The notes under the pieces are model-generated. The model had not been told where the DNA came from. It searched no databases and was given only the letters and a program-made list of their open reading frames with translations. The translations under genes and the position numbers were made by a program. Shown here one piece after another: positions 56,519 to 64,000 of a DNA stretch of 64,000 bases (the stretch's first letter is position 1; each line of letters starts with the position of its first letter). This stretch comes from Laetmonice hystrix (Eukaryota). Where the stretch lies: NCBI GenBank assembly GCA_965235115.1, contig OZ249436.1, positions 22,322,001 to 22,386,000 of the forward strand, read 5' to 3'.

Positions 56519-57337
56519 AAAACAAGACCCCGTCGGAGTCACAGCCCCCAACTGGGTATAGGGACTAATTTTCTGTGGGTCTAGAAACTATGCTTGATAA
56601 TACTTTGTATTTTTGAGATACAGACCATGTGAGTACATCCGTGATACATGAGTCACAAAGAAATTTATATGTCTTCATCCACTATTTGTAGTAAGTGGTT
56701 ATCTTGAAGTGTTTTCGAGATATTAATCGTCAAAAATGTCCCTGACCTTGAACTGATTGACCTCACAAGATCATTCAATATAAACGGAAATAGTGACAAA
56801 TGAAACTTAACATGACTTCCTAACCTTAGTTTATAGAAAGTATATGGTTACTCTGTTTTTAATCCCACAAAAAATAAAATGGCACACTTCCCCTCTGACT
56901 TCTCTTAATTGTCATCAAGTTTGAAAGAAAGCCAGACAATTTTGTCTGAGTTATTGCTCCAAATGTGTTTACATCCAAGGTGGCCACCAAGCGGCCGTTT
57001 TGAATGATATCAAAAATATGTTTGGCCTGCGTCATCCTTAGACTATCTCTGATCATTCTGTAACGTTTCAATGCAAAATTTATCTTCAACTCTTTTGGAG
57101 ATACAGGCCATTGAAAATATGCATCACCTTGATTGACCTTTCAAGGTCATGGAAATTATGTATATGACTTCCTATCTGTCAATAATAGTAATTATTGCGT
57201 TATCTTGCACCATTTTCGAGATATGAGCCAAAAACAGTGTTATTTTGAGGTTTCCCAAAACAAATATGGCCACCATATCGTGTGTACAGATGGAGGGCGA
57301 ATTAGAAGCCCCCAACCTTTGGGTTGGGGCAAAAAAA
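56519..57337 (-). mobile_element. Non-autonomous Helentron/HINE-like interspersed element, copy 2 (best-preserved termini)
   Basis: Left end is aacaag, then hairpin gacccc-gtc-ggagtc, then gcccccaac. Right end is the stem-loop cccccaacc-tttg-ggttggggc followed by an A-tract. The ccccaac/gttgggg pair acts as sub-terminal inverted repeats. Confidence 0.7.
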
Positions 57338-58948
57338 CAAAAAAATATTGAAATACTCCCGGTAATAAAAGTTTGAGATTCAGCTGTACCCTCCCCCTCC
57401 CCGTACATCACAAGTCTCCGTGTTGACATTCTGAAATGGATCATTATACGACGTAGGCTAAGGGTCAACTGAGCTTCAACTCAGGCAATGGTGCTATTGT
57501 GAGTCTCCCTGGGAACACCCGTAAACCCTCCAAATAAATCCTTCAAACAATGCTAACTGTATGGTGTGCTAGGTAATAATTCATTTTCCTAATGGATTTT
57601 ATGACAATGTGTCTAGTATTGATTTATGGATATAATCCAGCCGCAGTTACCACTACCGTATACAGTATAAGATCTTCTCATCGGTAGGTTACTCAATAAT
57701 TACTCGCCTAAGGTTAACGGGTCTGTCACCGTCACTCCGGCGGCCTGGGCCGACATTTAACGTATGTGGCACCTGATAACGTTAAGTTCTCCAGTAACAC
57801 CCCCCCCCCCGACACACACACACACACACAAACAATTTATCCTTTAGTAGCAACTCAACTGCATGCCATTCAATCTTGAAAGTTAAAGCATTAAATGAAA
57901 AAATTGAAACCCACATAAAGTCAAGTTATTCAAGCGGCCCTTTGCACAATCCAACTACCCTAACTGTTCAGGTGTAAGGATGTTGTCGGTCACTCCCATG
58001 GGGATACAAGTTGTAGGTTGCTGAAAATATGGGTAATGATTTCTGTATCCTCACTCGATAAAAAAAACTTGAATCACATAGTTGCCTGTACTGGAGGTTT
58101 TATACTCTATGAGGTCCTGTAGACACTATTATTCTCACCCAGGTGTACAGCTAGGTTAATTGATAGCCACGTGCCATCCCTGGGGACCAATATCTTCACT
58201 GTTTCTGGTTTTTGTTGTTGTTGTTTTTTTCTGATATCCTAATCTGGAAACAGACCGTCTCAAATATTTTTTTTAATGTTTAAAAGGCTACTAAAAAAAC
58301 AGTAATTTTGCATCCATTGTCAGGTGTATATATTTTAATTTTTCCGTCCACAGCTGTGCCACGGTTGCCATCATGCAGGGTAAATACCTTGACTTAAAAC
58401 ATGAGGGTCCATTGTCACAAAACTTCGGTGCTCGCCTCAGTCCATTACTAACACACACTCCCCGACTATCTCTGGGTTCTAACTCAGCTTGCCATTTGTT
58501 AACCTCACTTGTCTACCTAAAGTGATATTTACAAATTCACAGGGTAACCTTTTCCCTAGCCCCTTTCCAATTTTTTTTTTTACTACTTTAGAAACCAAAT
58601 CTACAGATTTCCAAGCAAATGAGGGCTGGCAGTCAAGGTGCATGACCTGACATTCTACGGGCCATTATATTATTTCTGCCCCTGTCGTTTTTACTGTTGC
58701 TGTAGGGTTTACAATTTCTTCCGCCGGGTCACCTTTTAAAGTCAGAGTAAATTGAGTCGGGCTACAACAAAAAGAGATGGTGTTGGGAGACCTTTGGTGA
58801 TGAGAAAACCTGTTTATCCCGCCACAGTAGCAACCCTTTTCCAACATGTGTACTATAACTTGTACTCGTCTTGTTTCAATGACAGAGGTTGTCGGCCCGA
58901 CTGTACACAAACATATGGAATGAAGGAAGCGGTGAGTTGGTGACGTAC

Positions 58949-59098
58949 CTGGTTGTCCTGGTTGAGCACGGTAAAGTAACCCACACTGAGGATAACCTCG
59001 TGGAAGAGTTCCTCCTGAGTCCAATGATTGCAGTACCAGGCCAGGTAGGCGACGATATGGCGTAACTCCAGGGATGTGCCTTCCTCACCCAGCACCGT
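58949..59098 (-). CDS. SCAPER: SCAPER internal coding exon (50 aa: TVLGEEGTSLELRHIVAYLAWYCNHWTQEELFHEVILSVGYFTVLNQDNQ), phase 0/0
   Basis: Translation resembles the SCAPER C-terminal region as I recall it (human approx. SIVGAEGLSLAFRH...LLHEVIVCVGYFTVNHPDNQ). Canonical acceptor tgtttgttgattgttgcAG at 59100-59099 and donor GTacgt at 58948-58947 on the minus strand; length 150 nt. Confidence 0.95.
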
Positions 59099-60659
59099 CT
59101 GCAACAATCAACAAACATAGAATTAGTGGATAATCTGGCAGATAATTTACACTACCAAAGTCTTCGATTAGTGAGCTACTGAGAGAAACAGCAGGTAAAA
59201 CATCGGTTCAGTGACAAATGGTACGTGTGGACTTTCTAAAGGTTTCGATACAATGATGGGTTAGGAGGGGTCAGCCAGGGGTGCTGCCTGGGTTCGTACT
59301 ATTACGTCACGATGAAAAATCCAAAGGAGGCAGAGCCTCCTGTAAACGACTACTCAATGACAATAAATTTCATGTAGATGTGTTGGATGATTCGGAGCAG
59401 CAGCAGCAGCAGGTTGGAGCAGATGCTGACAGCGGATCTCTGGTGGCCTGACTTGGCTAACAATCTCTCCACAGTGTAATCTCCTTCAGATAGTTGAGAG
59501 AGAGCGAGATCTACAGGAGAGAGGCTTCCTTCTATTATCTACCTGCTATTAAAAGTTAACACTTAATGACAATCTAAAAACACTTATACAAGCCGTAAAG
59601 GACAATATTAAGCTAGGACAAAGATATATATTCATAAACCTGTGGGGGGGTCGGGGGACAAAAAACAACCAACTCTAACTTGATGAAAAGAAAAAAAAAT
59701 TAAGTGGAGCCTACACCCGGTCACTGGCAATGTTTACATTTTGTAGTCACTGACACTGACGGGAAGGCGGGCACATGTCCCGACCGGCGGCCGTCAGTGA
59801 GTCCTCGAGTTCTACCTGCATTCATTGCAGAAATACCACATCGTTCTTCTCCAAACTTCGCGTACAATGAAGATAACACGTTCCACAACTTCTTGCCAAT
59901 TTTCGCCCAGATATGATATTTGGCTCTGTATACCGATGTTTGTAAGGTAGACCGCGCCCCCACTGGGCCGTGCCGCCGTCGCATAATGTAAACATCGTCT
60001 GCGACAGGGTACAGGCTTCACTTAAAGATTTATTTTCTCGCTAATGAAGCGACTCTGAGACAAACTATTATGTACCTTCGTGTCTACTAGCATCAGGGCA
60101 TCAAGTTAGTTGGTTGTTTTTTTTTATAGGTTTTCGGACAGGGTTATGGATATATCTTTGCCCTCCCTTTAACACTGCCAGAACCTCCTCCCCTTGAACT
60201 TCAAATACACTGGGGTATAGCTATATTGATATCACTGAGGTATATCATTTTCACAGAATTCATTTAGAACTCATTTCATCTCAGTTAATCTCAGCAACAT
60301 GTAATTTTCGATTTATTAAATAAGAAGGTCGACGAAAAGCGTGTGTTCTGAACGATGTGTTCCTTATCTCAGAAATAATTTAAAAGACTCTAAAACCATT
60401 TTTGTAGTAGCTACTGTATTCATACGATACCTTTTGCAATTTGTCATGCACCATTACGGTTGCAGATACTTGCTGCAAAATTTCAAATCCCCCCCCCCCC
60501 AACTCCCATTTCACATTACCTCCCGGTGATATTGAAAATACCCCTCCAGTTTCAAATCACCCCCCTCCTCTTCCATTCCACATATCTCCTGGGCCCAGTA
60601 TCTCGAAAATTCTCAACTTCAGTAAAGCTTACTTGAGTAAACTTACTGGCTTTTGATTA

Positions 60660-62150
60660 GCTGGTCTTTATAGGTCCCGCAAGGTCATGGAAAATAGCAC
60701 CAGAGGAAGGTTCAACAATGACTTCTTATTTGTCAATAATAATAATTATGTCATTATATTCAACTTTTTTGGACATGAATATTACAAGCCATTGAAAAAA
60801 TACGTGACCTTGAATGACCTTTCACCTTCACTTGAGGTAAAGGAAAATAGTGTCAACTGAAACTTCGTATATAACTTCCTATTCATGTTAAATAGCAAAC
60901 TTTGTCTTTATCTAACACAAGTTTCGGGATATGAGCCATTCAAAATATGTATGACCCTGTTTGACCTTTACAGGTCACTTAAGGTCACGGAAAATGGCAC
61001 TAAACCAAAGTTCATGTATGACTTCTCATCTGCGAATAAAGTAACTACTACGTTATTTTGCACCATTTTCATGATATGGGTCAAACAAATTTGCGTTTGG
61101 GGTAAAAAAAATAAAGCCGCCATGTTACCATATTAATCTGAGCAGAAAATAGATTGGCATGCTTGCTGCCGCTCATATGGCTTCTCTCGTCAGTTTGAAA
61201 GAAATCCAGACAATTTTGGAGTTATTGCTCCAAATGTGTTTACACCCAAGATGAGCAGCGAGCGGCCTTTTTAAATGCCATCTTTGGACTGTCCCTGATC
61301 ATTGTGTACTGTTTCAAGCAAGATTATGTCGTTATCTTTAATGTTTTGGAGATAAAGGCCATTGAAAATATGCATAACCGTGACCGACCTTTCAAAGTCG
61401 TGAAAGGTCATGCAAAATAGCGCCAAACGAAAGTCTATACATGACTTCCTATCTGCCAGTAATATAACCATTGCGTTATCTAGCACCATTTTCGAGATAT
61501 GAGCCCAGTGTTATTTTGGGGGTCAAAAAACAAATTTGCTATGAAGTGACAATAGGTTGGCATATATATATTGCCCCTCATATATGCTTCTTCTCTGTCC
61601 AAATTTGAAAGAAATCGGGATCGATTTCTCAAAAATCTATTTGACGTGTATCATCCTCAGACTCAGACCGTCCCTGATCCCGTACGGACGTTGGTACGTT
61701 GGCACATCCAGACGGACGGATAGTAAATTAGAAGCCCGCGCCCCTTCGGGTTGGGGGTTAAATAGTGTGAAATGAAACTTTCTATTCATCATCAATAGTA
61801 ATCATATCATTATAGTCTCTCATTATACCCGTATTGAAGATACAATATGTTCCATTGAACAGTTCAACACACACATGACCTTTCTGACTTTTAACCCATG
61901 AAGGTCATGGATAATTGGGTCAAAGAAAGATGGTTTATGTATGCCTCTGAGTCTCTCTCTGTAAATAATAGACCGATAGTTTGCAAGATATCAATGAAAA
62001 AGGGGGTCCAAAATATGTCCTCCAAGTCGTCCTATTGGATCTGAACTGAAAATAAATCGGCATGCAATTTGCCCCCACCATCCCTCCTCTGTACACCATG
62101 CAAGTTTGAAAGGAATTCAGATTTTGTAGTCAGAGTTTTTGCGATCCACA
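60660..62150 (-). mobile_element. Helentron/HINE-like element copy 3 plus adjacent or nested related remnant
   Basis: Shares gagttattgctccaaatgtgtttaca, gcgttatct.gcaccattttcgagatatgagcc and the terminus attagaagcccgcgccccttcgggttggggg (61728-61757) with the other copies. Related sequence continues to about 62150; boundaries are approximate. Confidence 0.6.
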
Positions 62151-64000
62151 AACATTATAATAGTACATGTACACACACAACTGTGGCAATCATTGTCCAC
62201 CAATTGGCTGATGAACGACTAAAATAGCAATCTCTACTTGGCCGGATATTTATGGGGTATTTTCAGTCTAGAGGGCATACTTCGAAAGTAAGTTCAAGTT
62301 ACTCCCTCAAGCTCTCTGGTAGGCATCGTTAAGATTTTGCTAGTCTTAATAAGCATACAACAGCCATCGCAATTACAGTACAATTTTTACAGGTTAACGG
62401 CATGAGGTCATCAATTAAAAAACAACGTCGCGTGGTCTCGTAAGCTCACGTTTCAAATCTGTTCTAATTATTCTCTGACTCTTATAGACATAAACTCCTT
62501 TCTTGCCTTTGTTCGATCATAGACCCCATGCTTTTCTTGGAAGCCGATTCCATCTCCTCAGAAAATGAAGTTAGACATTTCTCACGGCAGATGGTTCAGG
62601 CGGTACTGGCATAGGATCTGAAAACGTCTTGTCTTTCTCTGATGGCCACTCTTCTGCTTGACTTGACTGAGAAGTGCTGAGTCACTGCTGTGGAGCGTGG
62701 TACCGTCACACCCCTGCCCTCTCATTAATTGGTTAATTGGGGTTGAATTGGGGTGTCAGGGGGAGGTCACAGCTCGAGCGTGTTGCTCGTTAGCTGTTTA
62801 TTGTGTCTGGCGTCCCGTCAGAAAGTAGTCGAGTGGGGAGCAGAGCCCTGGACCAGATAGAAACCGACCTCTTATATCAGTCACTTTGTTGGCGGCTCCT
62901 CCTCCTCCTCCCCCTCCTCCTCCTCGTCATGGGGCTGATGCTCATAGTCCTGCTCATTCCACGCGACCACCTGATGCGTTATTCCTGTCCCATACCAAAC
63001 TCCTTCCTTCACTTTTCATCAAAGTTCGCAAGACTATTTTCAACATCGGCTAGTAATCAGCACGCGACGTCCGTATCGCTATCACAGGCAGCTGTACAAC
63101 TGCAGACAAACACAGATAAATCCAACCTGATTGCAAACCAATCTTCATGATCACGTTGTCTTCCCAGTAAGATTGCACGAGTGGAAAGAAACGCGATCCA
63201 ATATTGTCAGGTTAATCAAGGCGTATACGGCGGGGTGCTGGTCGAGGATCGAGTGGGACGGACGGGCGGAGGCTGACCGGCCCTCCGTCCACCTTCACTC
63301 TCCGTGCCCACCATCCGGCCACGTCCACTCGCCCAATTCCCTCATCAACTTAATGGGTCCAGGAACGACTACTGGAGAGGTCTGGCCAGGTAGGTAAATA
63401 GGCTTCAAGACCATGGCAGGCTGGAGCCTGTGGCGACTTGAAGACCGTAGTGGTCTGTCATCTGTACGTTCTCGTCGACCGGGAGCCGGTATTAGTGAGC
63501 TGCAGACCCCAGCAAGGACGGCCACCAAAGTTGTGCCAACACAGACGAGGGATGCGAGTAATTATGGCTTTGAGTCGACAGAATCCATTATATGGATTTT
63601 AATTGCACTTTGCAGTCTCCAATATTTGGGTGGAGGCCGGCAGAGCCAGAAGGCAAAGCTGCCATCATAAGAGCCATTACCTCTAATGCATGTTACTTGA
63701 AACTCGGCAGACTTTTTCCATTTGCCTCCATCAATTTTGTGGCACTTAGTGTCTGCACATTTCCGCTTCCATCCCTGCTAGCCTCCTGAGCCACGAGCAC
63801 AAGGTTCAATGGACTATACAACACACCTTTGTTTTTCCTTCGCTGGCACCACTGCGTACATACTGAACCTTTGGGTGCTGATCAGGAGCAAACCTCTCTC
63901 CTGGCGAACTGGCCTTGAATTACATTTTGATGAGATAATGCAGCTCTTGTGTTGGATCAACACGGTAGCTCATATAAACCCTGCCGCACTGAGGACGAGG

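Larger units (their letters stand above)
26320..58948 (-). other. SCAPER: Giant GT-AG intron of SCAPER (32,629 bp)
   Basis: Lies between the two phase-0 exons, which join in frame as ...QDNQ|VMMQSG..., collinear with the recalled SCAPER protein. Confidence 0.9.

Noticed and set aside
59375..59450. Short (CAG)n poly-Q-like stretch on the plus strand
   Set aside because: Five-unit microsatellite in a short closed frame, with no supporting exon structure.
1..64000. Prokaryotic operon, defence system, tRNA or rRNA genes
   Set aside because: Coding density is near zero, spliceosomal exons are present, and no tRNA or rRNA signatures were recognised.

Overview
This is eukaryotic (animal, probably invertebrate) genomic DNA, not prokaryotic, and it is almost entirely non-coding. 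The only convincing coding sequence is two consecutive phase-0 exons on the minus strand (59098-58949, 150 nt; 26319-26128, 192 nt). They encode the conserved C-terminal region of SCAPER (S-phase cyclin A-associated protein in the ER) and are separated by a 32.6-kb intron. No further SCAPER exon was recognised in the 26 kb downstream or the 4.9 kb upstream, so the whole window appears to lie inside the 3' part of SCAPER. The introns hold nine unrelated minisatellite loci (units 23-106 bp, roughly 12 kb or about a fifth of the window), a 150-bp spacer-less palindrome, a TIR-bounded MITE-like element, several copies of a Helentron/HINE-like element, and islands rich in homeodomain, CTCF-like and RFX-like motifs. 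The most interesting reading is an inference: these giant 3' introns may be the enhancer-bearing bystander part of the ancient Islet-Scaper genomic regulatory block. The two longest ORFs in the track (810 and 731 aa) are artefacts of a 33-bp tandem repeat.
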